DNA of 64,000 nucleotides from Candidatus Babeliales bacterium (GTDB lineage Bacteria; Babelota; Babeliae; Babelales; CAIQNR01): NCBI GenBank assembly GCA_031972475.1, contig DALYEP010000001.1, positions 670,567 to 734,566 of the forward strand, read 5' to 3'. Shown piece by piece: positions 29,908 to 40,078 of this stretch (position 1 is its first letter; each line of letters starts with the position of its first letter). The notes under the pieces were generated by a model. It saw only the letters and a program-made list of their open reading frames with translations, ran no database searches and was not told where the DNA came from. The position numbers and the translations under genes were made by a program.

Positions 29908-31525
29908 TTTTTATATGAATAAAAAACAAATAGGAACTATCACTCAAGGATCTTTGTCTGAAGGATTAACAATGCGCATTGATCCTATGGTTTCTTTGGA
30001 AACCATAAAAACGGGCAAATTTGTTTCTGTGGTGGGGGAAAGGCATACGTTTTTTTCTTTAATTACCGATCTTACGCTTCAAGTTACTAATTCTGATGTA
30101 CTGCTTTATCCTCCTAAAGAAACTGATAATGTTCTTGTAAAAAAACTTGCTCATAAAAGTATGTATGCAACAGCTGAGTTGCGTCCCATGGTTACGCTTG
30201 ATAATAATCATCATGTTGCTCCTGTAAAAACAGTTCCTCCTCATTTTGCAAAGGTCTATGAAGCATCTGCTCAAGATGTTGCATATATTTTTGGTAATGA
30301 AAATCACGAATCAAAAAAATATTTTAATATTGGATCTCCTCTTGATATGGATACTCCTGTTTGTATTGATCTAGAAAAACTTGCAGAGCGAAATACGGGG
30401 ATTTTTGGAAAAACAGGTACAGGTAAGACTTTCTTAACACGACTTGTTCTTGCGGGTCTTATCAAAAACAATAAAGCTGTTTGTCTTATTTTTGATATGC
30501 ATAGTGAGTATGGTCTTCAGGCGCGAAAAGAAGGTTCTGGTAATACTTTTGTTAAGGGGCTTAAAACTTTATTTTCTCATCGTGTTGCGATTTTTTCATT
30601 AGATCCTGTTTCTACTCGTAAGCGTGGAGGCTCTCCTGATGTTGAAATTATTTTAAGTTATCAAGATATAAAAGTTGAAGATATTATTTCGTTGCAACAA
30701 GAGCTTAACTTGCATAGCACCGCTCTTGAGGCGGCATATTTAATTCATGCACGATATAAGCATGATTGGCTTCAAATGCTACTTGATCAAACTGATATTA
30801 AAGAGTTCGCAAACTCTTTAGGAGCTCACCCAGAATCTATAGCTGCGCTTTATAGAAAATTAAAACGTATTGAGCGATTGCCTTTTTTTAAAAGAAGACC
30901 TACTGGTGCAACAAAAGTAGAAGATTCAGTGATTGATCAAATGATGGAGTTTATAGCAAAAGACATTAGTATCTGTGTTGAATTTGGTAATCATACGTCT
31001 TCATTTTGTTATTTATTGGTTTCAAATATCATTACTCGTCGTATTCATAGTGAATATATAGAAAAAACAGAGCAATTTTTAGGATCTCAGGCAACTTCTG
31101 ATGAGCCAACAAAATTGATGATTTGTATAGAAGAATCTCATAAATTTTTAAATCCATCGGCGGCCTCACAAACAATTTTTGGTACAATTGCTCGAGAAAT
31201 GCGCAAATATTATGTATCTCTTTTGGTTGTAGATCAAAGACCGTCTGGTATTGACGATGAAGTCTTATCTCAATTAGGGACTAAAATTGTTGCGCAGCTT
31301 AATGATGAAAAAGATATACAAGGTGTTTTGAATGGTGTTTCTAATGCATCAACATTGCGATCTGTTCTTGCTACTCTTGATACAAAAAAACAGGCACTTG
31401 TTTTGGGCCATGCAGTAACAATGCCAGTTGTAGTTCAAACAAGAGAATATGGAGAAGATTTTTATAGAGCAATGCAAGAAATATCTGCGGTTCATGTTGA
31501 TACACTTATTAAAGAATTGTTTTAG
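29900..31525 (+). CDS. HerA/DUF87-family P-loop ATPase (HAS-barrel plus FtsK/HerA-type ATPase core)
   Basis: Walker A GIFGKTGTGKTF followed by CLIFDMHSEYG, a Walker B-like MICIEESHKF, and RKYYVSLLVVDQRPSGIDDEVLSQLGTKIVAQLNDEKD, typical of DUF87/HerA. An alternative start exists at 29915. Confidence 0.75.
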
Positions 31526-31568
31526 GAATATTATAAAAATTGTGAGAGATTAATAATAAAAATTAAGT

Positions 31569-32225
31569 GTGAGATTTTCTTTAAAGAAAGATAAAAGTGT
31601 GAAAAAAGTAGATAGAAAAATATACCCAAATGAAGTAGAAAAAGAACTCAATATTATATATTTGCCATCACTTAAAATTGTAGCACAAGAACTTGCTGAT
31701 TATGATATAAAAAAAGATTTGGAATATCGAGCTAACCCTCCTTTAAATAATAAATTAGAAGCTTTGTATGGCTCTTTGATTGATCAATCATACATTGCTC
31801 CCATGTATGTAAAGTGGGTTAATAAAACAGTGCAATATGGTGTTTTTGCAGATGCAGATCTTAAGCGCGGAGATATGGTTTGCGAATATACAGGAATATT
31901 GTGTAGAGATGATAATGATGATGAAGAAAATGGTTATATTTGGGATTATCCAACCGTTGCATATGAGCATGTTGAAGGTAGAAAGCGAAGAAAAAAAGTT
32001 AAATATTGCATTGATGCTTTAAAGGCTGGAAATTTTGCACGTTTTATTAATCATACTATTAGAAAATATCAAAATGTTGGAGTGCAAATGGTGCCTCGAA
32101 ATAATTTGTGGCATGTTGTTTATATCGCTAAAAAAGATATAAAAAAAGGACAGCAGTTATTAACTTATTATGGAACTCAATATTGGCGAGATAGGCAAAT
32201 AGTTCCTGAGCCGATTGAGCCTTAA
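31569..32225 (+). CDS. SET-domain protein-lysine methyltransferase (eukaryote-like)
   Basis: GTG start. SET motifs are YGVFADADLKRGDMVCEYTGIL, GNFARFINHTIRKYQN (compare NHSC.PN) and IKKGQQLLTYYG (compare GEELT.DY). An internal basic patch GRKRRKKVK is present. Confidence 0.75.
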   Translation: MRFSLKKDKSVKKVDRKIYPNEVEKELNIIYLPSLKIVAQELADYDIKKDLEYRANPPLNNKLEALYGSLIDQSYIAPMYVKWVNKTVQYGVFADADLKRGDMVCEYTGILCRDDNDDEENGYIWDYPTVAYEHVEGRKRRKKVKYCIDALKAGNFARFINHTIRKYQNVGVQMVPRNNLWHVVYIAKKDIKKGQQLLTYYGTQYWRDRQIVPEPIEP

Positions 32226-32268
32226 AATAAGTTTTTTTTAGATAGTTTGAAAATAATGGAGAAAGACT

Positions 32269-32859
32269 TTGTATATAAATAAAAGCAATGAAGCATCTTT
32301 AGTACGACATGTTGGCATAGTCCTTTATCACAAAGGTAGAAATATTGTTGTTTTTGATAAAAATCAACAGCGAGTTTCTGCCATTACTTATACAAAGTTT
32401 TTACCTCGTGGATCTTTTATTTCATACAACACAATACATTTTCGCTCAGAATTGCTTCTTCAAGATATTGTTCTTGAGTACATGCCGCTTGCTCAAGCCC
32501 AGATAGATATATATTTTTTACATAGTCTTCTTGAAGTTTGTTATTACTTTATTCCAGAAGGTGGTTGTGAGTTTTTTATATATCCAATTATTATTCAAGT
32601 CCTAAGATCTTTTGAACAAGTAGATTCTAAAAATAAAAAAAAAATGTTGCTCTGTAGAATTTTTGCACATCTTGGTATATACCCTGCTCAGTCTGACTCT
32701 TATGAGGCTTTAGAGGATTTTCTTAAAATGCCTATTGACAACCTTATAGCAGGAAATTTAGATTTGGTTCATGATGATTTTTTTGATATATGGTTAATGT
32801 GGTGTTTAGAAAATCATCCTCAAGGGAAAAAATGTAAAGCGCTTCCTCTTCTTTTATAA
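32269..32859 (+). CDS. Hypothetical protein, weakly RecO-like (no zinc finger)
   Basis: 196 aa. An N-terminal OB-like segment is followed by IYFLHSLLEVCYYFIPEG and MLLCRIFAHLGIYP, resembling the RecO helical-domain pattern. This is a by-eye similarity only. Confidence 0.35.
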   Translation: MYINKSNEASLVRHVGIVLYHKGRNIVVFDKNQQRVSAITYTKFLPRGSFISYNTIHFRSELLLQDIVLEYMPLAQAQIDIYFLHSLLEVCYYFIPEGGCEFFIYPIIIQVLRSFEQVDSKNKKKMLLCRIFAHLGIYPAQSDSYEALEDFLKMPIDNLIAGNLDLVHDDFFDIWLMWCLENHPQGKKCKALPLLL

Positions 32860-32871
32860 AAGTGATGTCAA

Positions 32872-35800
32872 ATGAATAAAAAAATACTACTTTTTGCTAC
32901 CCTTTGTTTTTTAAATATACAAGCAGATTTTTTAGATACATTTGGATTTGGAACGGCAACAATTGATGTTGTTCTTGGTCCTCAGAAAGAAGAAGATATT
33001 CGTCAATTAAAGGCTTCGATTGAGGAATTTAATAATCAAGATCAAAAAGAGCAAGAGAATTTACGTGTTAGCTCTGAAAGAATTAAGGCAAAAATTGACG
33101 AAATAGAAGCTTTTATTGCAGAGCATCATGTGATTGATCAATGTACGCAACAAAAACTTATTGGATTGCAAGGTAGCTACCAAGTAATTGTTGCAATTAG
33201 AGGAATTAAAAAGGATTTAAGTGAAACACTAAAACAGCATCTAGCTCTTTTGGAATCTCAACTTAATGATGATGTAAAGGAAAATTCTGATGTAGAAAAA
33301 TTAGTATATAAATTTGATGATTTACAAAATCTTAACAGAAAAATAATGAGTCAAGAGGATAAATGGTCTCATTATTGTGCTGAAAAAAATGAAATAACCA
33401 TTGATCTTGAAAATTCAAAAAAAAGAGCTGATTCTGCCAAGAAGTTATACGATCAAAAGGTATATCAAGAAAATGAATTGAGAAAAAAAATATATACAGA
33501 TGAGCATGTTTCTCAAAATCAAATAGATCTTTTAAGTATAGAAACTCAACTTGCTGATTATGAATATCAACAATTTCTTGCAAAAGTTGAAGAGCGTTCT
33601 GCTCGTTTAAAGTTTCTGACAGAAGCTGTTTCTATAGAAAATAAAAAATTACAAAAAATTAAGAAAAAGCGAGATGCTGTTATAGCTCGAACTTTGCGTG
33701 TAGATAAGCAAGACATTGACAGTGCTCAAAAAAAACTTAACGAACAAAAGCATCATTACCTTGCGTTGACAGATCAGTATTTACAAAAAATAGAATATTT
33801 TAATGCTCAGCAAGAAATTTGTAAGAAAGATTTAAAATATTTAGATGAACGTTATGCCGATACAAGTAGCGAAATTCAAAATATTGATGAGTGGATAAGT
33901 TCACCAACAACAATTCAAGGATATTTATCGTTTGTTGATCGTGGTGTTAAAAAAACTGAAATCACATTGCTTGATGCTCAAATAGAGTATCAAAAAGCTG
34001 AAATAGAGCTTGAAAAGACTAAGTTTAAAGAATATGAATTGAATTTAAAAATTGTAGAATCTTGGTACAACATTAAGCATCAAAAATTTGGATCAAGCGA
34101 TAAATTGCTTAAAGATATTTCATCTTATCAAGATATGGTAGCTGAATTTAGTCGTGAAAAAATAATGTATAGCGATAAACGATATGCTGTTATTAATCGT
34201 TTAAACTTACTCAATAGATCTCTTTCCAATATTAAAATTAAATTAGAAGAATTGCTTGATAAATCATCATATATGTTTAGACGGGATGAGCATTCTTACA
34301 GGCATTGTGCAGATCAACTTAAGCGCGGACAAATTTTACTTGTTCGTCAAATAGAGTTGATAGGACATCTTATTGAATCATATTCAAATATTTTCATAAC
34401 TCTTGATAGTTACGAAAAGCAAATAGGAAGTACTATTGTTGAATTGCAAAAAGCGAGTTTATGGCAAAGATCTGGCGGCGCAATTTCTCGTGAAGGTTTG
34501 CAAAATATTATTCCGGATATTTATAGCTTTTTTGTGGATGTTTTTGTATTAGGATCTACTTATATTAATTCTATGAATACATCTGTTGTATTGGAAAAAA
34601 TTACTAAAAATATTTACAGTCCCCTTACTCTGCTTTTATTTATTTTTAAACTTATATTCTTTTTCATTATTTTTGCATTATTTCGTCGCTATGGACTTTC
34701 TCTTTCAGACTTATTTTTAGAAATTGCTCCTGAGTATCCTGGGGTATATTTTTTTAGCAGACTTGCAGCAGTTGTTATTCAATTTGTTCATCAATACCAA
34801 AAGAGCATTTTTTTATGGTCTATAGCTTTTTATTATGTTGCTATACAGCAGTCTATAGATATGTATCCATCAGTTATTTTTTATTTACTGTCAATCCCAT
34901 TTTTATTTGGAATTATTCATTTATTTATTAATTTTGTAACCGCATTTAATAAACAAAATGATTATCAATTATTCCGTGAAAGTTTTCAGGATAGATTTGT
35001 TTTTTCTATAGGGTTTTTCCTCTATTCTAGTATTATCCTTTTATTTTTTAGAGAAGCATTTATTGCAGTTACTTATATGAAGTCTGAGCTTCCAGGAATT
35101 TTACTTGCCTTCTATTCTATTATTGTAAGAATTTTACTTCTCTCTTTGATTAGGAAAGAAGATATTCTGACTATTATTTCTCCTAAAAATTCATTTGGAT
35201 TATGGCTAGGTCGTATTGTTAATGATTATTATTATGCTATTCTCGCTGCGATTATTACTGTTATGGTTCTTAGCGATCCTCATATTGGAGGTTATGATAA
35301 TTTAATTGCATATCTTATGTGGGGTATTGCTGGTACTATTGTTATACTTCGGATTTTATTTCTTCTTTATGGATTTGTTCGTAGAACATCTTCATTCTTC
35401 TTTTTTTCTTTTGATGATGAGTCAATAGATGAGCGTTTTCAGCATGCAAAAACATGGTATGGTGTTTTGGTTATATGTATTTTCATACTTTTTTTCATTA
35501 TGGGAATTGTTTTAATTGCATGGTGTTGGGGAAAGACAATTCCTATGCATTCGTTAAGTGATTTTTTTTCTGTGCAACGCCTTTCTATTGGGTTTAAAGA
35601 TGGGCAATATCAAAAAGTTAGTATTATAGATTTAATTAGAACCTTTTTGTTTATTCCAGGAAGTTTTTTAGTTGGTTATTTAGTAGATAAATTTGTATTA
35701 CATAGAATTTATATGGTTCTTCTTGTTGATCCTGGTGTTCATAATGCTGTTTCAACAATTTCATATTATCTTGTTGTTATTTCTATTATCACTTTAGGGC

Positions 35801-36450
35801 TATGTCAGGAAGGTTTTGGATTTCTTGTTTCTTATTACATTCTTCCTATTCTTGTTGGTATGGCATGGGCTGTTCGAGATGTATTTAATGATTTTGTTGC
35901 TTATTTTGTTTTGCTTGTTCAGCGTCCAGTCAAAGTGGGTGATTATATAAAAATATCCGATGAGGTAAAAGGCGTAGTGCGTAAAATAACTCCAAGAACT
36001 GTCGTTTTAAGGAGAGAGCAAAGTTATCATTTAATTATTCCTAATTCTAAGTTTATGCAAGATGTTATCTTTAATTGGGATTACACCAGAAGTTTTATTG
36101 CATTTCCTGATATACATGTAGGTGTGCGCTATTCTGTAGATCCTGAGCATGTTAAAAAAATATTAGCTCAAGCTGTCGATAGTGTTCTTAATGTTCTTAA
36201 AATACCACCTCCAGTCATTCGACTTGATGAATTTAGTCCATCAGGATATGTTTTTATGGTTCGTGGGTTTATTAGCTCAGAAATGACTCTTGAACAATGG
36301 AATATCGCAAGTGATGTTCGTTTGTCTATTGTTAAGATTCTTCATAAAAATAATATAGAGTTGGCTTATCCGGTACGGATAGTACGTACAGTTTCTAATG
36401 GATCAGATAATCAATATTTGCAACCAGTCTCAGAAGACTTTAAACTGTAA
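32872..36450 (+). CDS. Large MscS-family mechanosensitive channel (MscK/KefA-like)
   Basis: 1192 aa. It has a signal peptide, a ~540-aa coiled-coil region, about 11 TM segments, and the MscS beta-domain VKVGDYIKISDEVKGVVRKITPRTVVLRREQSYHLIIPNSKF. Confidence 0.85.
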   Translation: MNKKILLFATLCFLNIQADFLDTFGFGTATIDVVLGPQKEEDIRQLKASIEEFNNQDQKEQENLRVSSERIKAKIDEIEAFIAEHHVIDQCTQQKLIGLQGSYQVIVAIRGIKKDLSETLKQHLALLESQLNDDVKENSDVEKLVYKFDDLQNLNRKIMSQEDKWSHYCAEKNEITIDLENSKKRADSAKKLYDQKVYQENELRKKIYTDEHVSQNQIDLLSIETQLADYEYQQFLAKVEERSARLKFLTEAVSIENKKLQKIKKKRDAVIARTLRVDKQDIDSAQKKLNEQKHHYLALTDQYLQKIEYFNAQQEICKKDLKYLDERYADTSSEIQNIDEWISSPTTIQGYLSFVDRGVKKTEITLLDAQIEYQKAEIELEKTKFKEYELNLKIVESWYNIKHQKFGSSDKLLKDISSYQDMVAEFSREKIMYSDKRYAVINRLNLLNRSLSNIKIKLEELLDKSSYMFRRDEHSYRHCADQLKRGQILLVRQIELIGHLIESYSNIFITLDSYEKQIGSTIVELQKASLWQRSGGAISREGLQNIIPDIYSFFVDVFVLGSTYINSMNTSVVLEKITKNIYSPLTLLLFIFKLIFFFIIFALFRRYGLSLSDLFLEIAPEYPGVYFFSRLAAVVIQFVHQYQKSIFLWSIAFYYVAIQQSIDMYPSVIFYLLSIPFLFGIIHLFINFVTAFNKQNDYQLFRESFQDRFVFSIGFFLYSSIILLFFREAFIAVTYMKSELPGILLAFYSIIVRILLLSLIRKEDILTIISPKNSFGLWLGRIVNDYYYAILAAIITVMVLSDPHIGGYDNLIAYLMWGIAGTIVILRILFLLYGFVRRTSSFFFFSFDDESIDERFQHAKTWYGVLVICIFILFFIMGIVLIAWCWGKTIPMHSLSDFFSVQRLSIGFKDGQYQKVSIIDLIRTFLFIPGSFLVGYLVDKFVLHRIYMVLLVDPGVHNAVSTISYYLVVISIITLGLCQEGFGFLVSYYILPILVGMAWAVRDVFNDFVAYFVLLVQRPVKVGDYIKISDEVKGVVRKITPRTVVLRREQSYHLIIPNSKFMQDVIFNWDYTRSFIAFPDIHVGVRYSVDPEHVKKILAQAVDSVLNVLKIPPPVIRLDEFSPSGYVFMVRGFISSEMTLEQWNIASDVRLSIVKILHKNNIELAYPVRIVRTVSNGSDNQYLQPVSEDFKL

Positions 36451-36481
36451 GTATTAAAATTTATTTAGGCGCGTAGCAAAA

Positions 36482-36510
36482 GGGGGAACGTGAGTTCCCC
36501 CGATTTATTT
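36482..36510 (+). terminator. Rho-independent terminator candidate after the mechanosensitive channel gene
   Basis: GGGGGAAC (36482-36489), GTGA tetraloop, GTTCCCCC (36494-36501), followed by GATTTATTT. Confidence 0.6.
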
Positions 36511-36618
36511 AGAGCTTTTTATGGTTTTAGCCGGTTAAAAGCTCAATTAGAATTATTTGAAGCAGAAGAAAGGCTTGTGGATCTTAAGCGGCAATAATAA
36601 GACATAGCATTGTTTATT

Positions 36619-36646
36619 AAAAAAAGGGATCTTAAAAGATCCCTTT
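36619..36646 (-). terminator. Rho-independent terminator of typA
   Basis: The minus strand reads AAAGGGATC-TTTTAA-GATCCC followed by T7. It lies 30 nt downstream of the typA stop. Confidence 0.6.
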
Positions 36647-36675
36647 AATCTATACATATATCTTTATTAGATATA

Positions 36676-38481
36676 TTAATTCTTCTTACGCATGTTTGCT
36701 TGTAATACTTTTTTACGTAAGCGCACATGGTTTGGAGTAATTTCAACAAGCTCATCGCTTCCAATCCATTCCATACACATTTCTAATGTCATAAGGCGTG
36801 GAGGATTGATTTTAGCTGCTTCATCAGTTCCAGAAGAACGCATATTACTTAACTTCTTTTCTTTACATGGATTCACTTCAAGATCATTATCGCGTGAGTG
36901 TTCACCAATAATCATACCTTCATAAACATTTTCACGAGCGCCAATAAAGAGATCGCCTCGAGGTTGTAAAGCATCAAGAGCATAGGTTGTTGTTACGCCA
37001 CGTTCCATAGAAATTAAAGCCCCGCGTGTTCGTCCTGGAATTTCACCTTTGTATGATTCATAACCATGAAATGATGAATTCATAATACCAGTACCACGAG
37101 TATCGGTTAAAAATTGTCCACGAAAGCCAAGTAGTCCTCGTGAAGGAATGGTAAATTCTATACGAACGCGTGTTGAAAATTCTTCTTGTGTTATGTTTTT
37201 TATTTCTGCTTTACGCATACCAACGTGTTCAATAATTAAACCTTGGTATTTATCTTCTACGTCGATAAGTACGTATTCAATAGGTTCGCATTTTTTACCA
37301 TCTATAGTTTTGTAAATTACCTCAGGTGCAGAAACTTGCATTTCAAAACCTTCGCGGCGCATTGTTTCTATTAAAATACCAAGATGTAATTGTCCACGGC
37401 CAGAAACTTTAAATGTTTCTGGAGATTCTGTTGGCTCTACACGAAGAGCAACATTTGTTTTAAGTTCTTTATCTAAACGCTCTTTAATATGGCGAGATGT
37501 TAATAATTTCCCATCTTGTCCGTTAAAAGGAGAGTTATTTACAGAAAGATAAATAGATACAGTTGGTTCATCAATAGCAACATATTCGCAAGGAATAGGG
37601 TTATTTGGAGAGCAGAGAGTTGATCCAATTTCTATATTTTCGCAACCTGTAACTGCAACAATATCTCCAAAAGAAACTTCTTGTTGTTCAATTTTATTAA
37701 GACCTAAGAATGTATATAATTTAGTTGCTTTCATAGGTCTACTGACAACATCGTTGTAACAATAAATAAATTGTTCGCCAACTTTTAAGGTTCCGCTCAT
37801 AACACGACCAATAGCGATTGTTCCTAAAAAGTCTGAATGGTCTATATTAGTAATTAAAATTTGAAGTCCCTCGGCTTTTTCTACTGGAGCAGGGATGTCA
37901 TTAATAATAGCTTGGAACATAGTGTCTAAAGAATCGGTAGGGTTTTTAGGATCGCGTGTTGCAAAACCCATTCTTCCTGAACCATAAAGAACTGGAAAAT
38001 CAAGCTGATCGTTTCTTTTTGCTAAATCTAAAAAGAGATCATGAATAAGTTCTTCTGTTTTTTCTATATCAGCATCTTTACGATCAATTTTGTTAACAAA
38101 AACAATAGGCTTTAAATTTAATGCAAGAGCTTTTTGTAAAACAAAACGTGTGCCAGGAAGCACCCCTTCTGCAGCATCTACAAGTAATAAAAACCCTTCA
38201 ACCATTTGAAGTGTTCTTTCAACTTCACCGCCAAAGTCAGCGTGCCCAGGAGTATCTACAATGTTGATGTGATAATCGCCATAATTAATACCAGTGTTTT
38301 TTGCAAGAATAGTAATACCACGTTCTCTTTCAAGATCATTAGAGTCCATAACGCGATCTGTTTGCATTTTCAGATCAAGCGTTCCAGATTGTTGTAGAAG
38401 CTTATCAACTAAAGTTGTTTTACCATGGTCTACGTGGGCAATAATAGCAATATTACGAATTTGAGAACGTGTCTTATTCAT
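36676..38481 (-). CDS. typA: Translational GTPase TypA/BipA
   Basis: The start is moved to the ATG at 38481 (MNKTRSQIRNIAIIAHVDHGKTTLVDKLL). G-domain motifs are DTPGHADF and NKID. About 600 aa with the BipA-type C-terminal domain. Confidence 0.92.
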   Translation of the reverse strand: MNKTRSQIRNIAIIAHVDHGKTTLVDKLLQQSGTLDLKMQTDRVMDSNDLERERGITILAKNTGINYGDYHINIVDTPGHADFGGEVERTLQMVEGFLLLVDAAEGVLPGTRFVLQKALALNLKPIVFVNKIDRKDADIEKTEELIHDLFLDLAKRNDQLDFPVLYGSGRMGFATRDPKNPTDSLDTMFQAIINDIPAPVEKAEGLQILITNIDHSDFLGTIAIGRVMSGTLKVGEQFIYCYNDVVSRPMKATKLYTFLGLNKIEQQEVSFGDIVAVTGCENIEIGSTLCSPNNPIPCEYVAIDEPTVSIYLSVNNSPFNGQDGKLLTSRHIKERLDKELKTNVALRVEPTESPETFKVSGRGQLHLGILIETMRREGFEMQVSAPEVIYKTIDGKKCEPIEYVLIDVEDKYQGLIIEHVGMRKAEIKNITQEEFSTRVRIEFTIPSRGLLGFRGQFLTDTRGTGIMNSSFHGYESYKGEIPGRTRGALISMERGVTTTYALDALQPRGDLFIGARENVYEGMIIGEHSRDNDLEVNPCKEKKLSNMRSSGTDEAAKINPPRLMTLEMCMEWIGSDELVEITPNHVRLRKKVLQANMRKKN

Positions 38482-38627
38482 TCTTAATCTACCTAACTCA
38501 TCATTAATGGATTTTTTTTCGACTAACAGACTTTTTTTAGTATGGATAAAAAATGACAATTCGTCAAAACTATGCGATAAATACAGGATATCTCTTCTCT
38601 TTAATTGCTAAGTCGTAGGAGTTTTTA

Positions 38628-40067
38628 ATGAATCTGAATATATGTGGATTTGGACTCTACTTTGTTGTTGTTGGCTTTGTAGCCTTATTTTCTTATTTTT
38701 TAACAAAGAGAAGTAATCATTCATATAATCAAATAATGCTTGGTAATCGTTCTGTTAATTATGTATTAACAGCTCTTTCTGCTCATGCAAGTGATATGAG
38801 TGATTGGATTTTTATGGCTTTTCCAGCTTATTTATACTCAAATGGTATGATTAGTTTTTGGATAGCAATTGGTCTTGTTGGTGGTATGTGGATAACTTGG
38901 AATTTTATAGCTCCACAACTTCGTAAAGCTACAGAAAAATATGATGCTTTAACTCTTTCAGCTTATTTCGAATCTCGATTTAATGACAATTCAGGATTTT
39001 TGCGTATTATTACTGCTCTTATTTCTTTTTTCTTTTTTTCTATTTATATAGCTGCAGGATTAAAAGGCTTTGGCTATTTGGGAGAGTCTTTGTTTGGAAT
39101 TCCTTATCTACAAGGTATTTTTATAGGGATAACTGCTATGACTTTTTATATTGGTCTTGGTGGTTATAAAGCACTTGCATGGATTGATGCATTTCAGGCT
39201 ATTTTTTTACTTTTGGTTATATGTATTGTTCCTTATATTGCATTTTTAAAAATAGGGGGCTTGCCTACTATTATAGAAAGTGCTGAAAAATTTAGTATCT
39301 CTTTGTCTTTTTTTCCGACTTCGTTTACTGAGTTCATTAACGCTTTGCTTATGGCATTTAGTTGGGGTGTTGGTTATTTTGGAATGCCGCACGTTTTAAC
39401 TAAGTTTATGGGTATTTCAGATGTAAAAAAAATGAAAAAAGCTCAATACCTAGGTCTTACATGGCAGGTAATTGTAATGTTGGCGTCAGGCGCAATTGGT
39501 CTTATTGGTATAGCCTTTTTTCCCGCTATTCTTGCAAATAAAGAGTTAGTTTTTATTGAAATGGTTAAAGGACTTTTTTCTCCTTTTGTAACAGGTATTA
39601 TTTTATCTGCTGTTGCAGGAGCTACATTGTCGGCAACCGCAGCACAGATATTAGTAGTAATTTCTGTTATTGTAGAAGATTTATATCATAAGACTTTTCG
39701 TATACAAGCAAGTAATAATGAGCTTGTTTGGGTTTATAGAGCAAGTGTTTTGCTTGTAGGTTTTTTGAGTATAGTGGTTAGTTGCGACAAATCTACCAGT
39801 ATTCAACAGTTAGTTCATTATGCATGGATGGGTTTTGGATCTTCTTTTGGACCATTAGTTCTTGTTTCTTTGCACAGTTCTTATATTAATCGTTATGGAG
39901 CTGCAGTAGGAATTATTGTTGGTGGAGTTTTTGCAGCAACATGGCATGTTATGGGCAAAGCATATATTTTTGCTGTTTCAGGTATTGATATTCCAGCTGT
40001 AATACCGGGCTTTATTATGAGTATGATTTTTTTATATGTAGTTTCGTTTTTTACTAATAATAAATAA
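38628..40067 (+). CDS. putP: Sodium:solute symporter family protein (PutP-like sodium/proline symporter)
   Basis: 479 aa and about 13 TM segments. LGNRSVNYVLTALSAHASDMSDWIFMAFP matches the PutP/SSS N-terminal signature. Confidence 0.8.
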   Translation: MNLNICGFGLYFVVVGFVALFSYFLTKRSNHSYNQIMLGNRSVNYVLTALSAHASDMSDWIFMAFPAYLYSNGMISFWIAIGLVGGMWITWNFIAPQLRKATEKYDALTLSAYFESRFNDNSGFLRIITALISFFFFSIYIAAGLKGFGYLGESLFGIPYLQGIFIGITAMTFYIGLGGYKALAWIDAFQAIFLLLVICIVPYIAFLKIGGLPTIIESAEKFSISLSFFPTSFTEFINALLMAFSWGVGYFGMPHVLTKFMGISDVKKMKKAQYLGLTWQVIVMLASGAIGLIGIAFFPAILANKELVFIEMVKGLFSPFVTGIILSAVAGATLSATAAQILVVISVIVEDLYHKTFRIQASNNELVWVYRASVLLVGFLSIVVSCDKSTSIQQLVHYAWMGFGSSFGPLVLVSLHSSYINRYGAAVGIIVGGVFAATWHVMGKAYIFAVSGIDIPAVIPGFIMSMIFLYVVSFFTNNK

Positions 40068-40078
40068 CTTCATAATCA

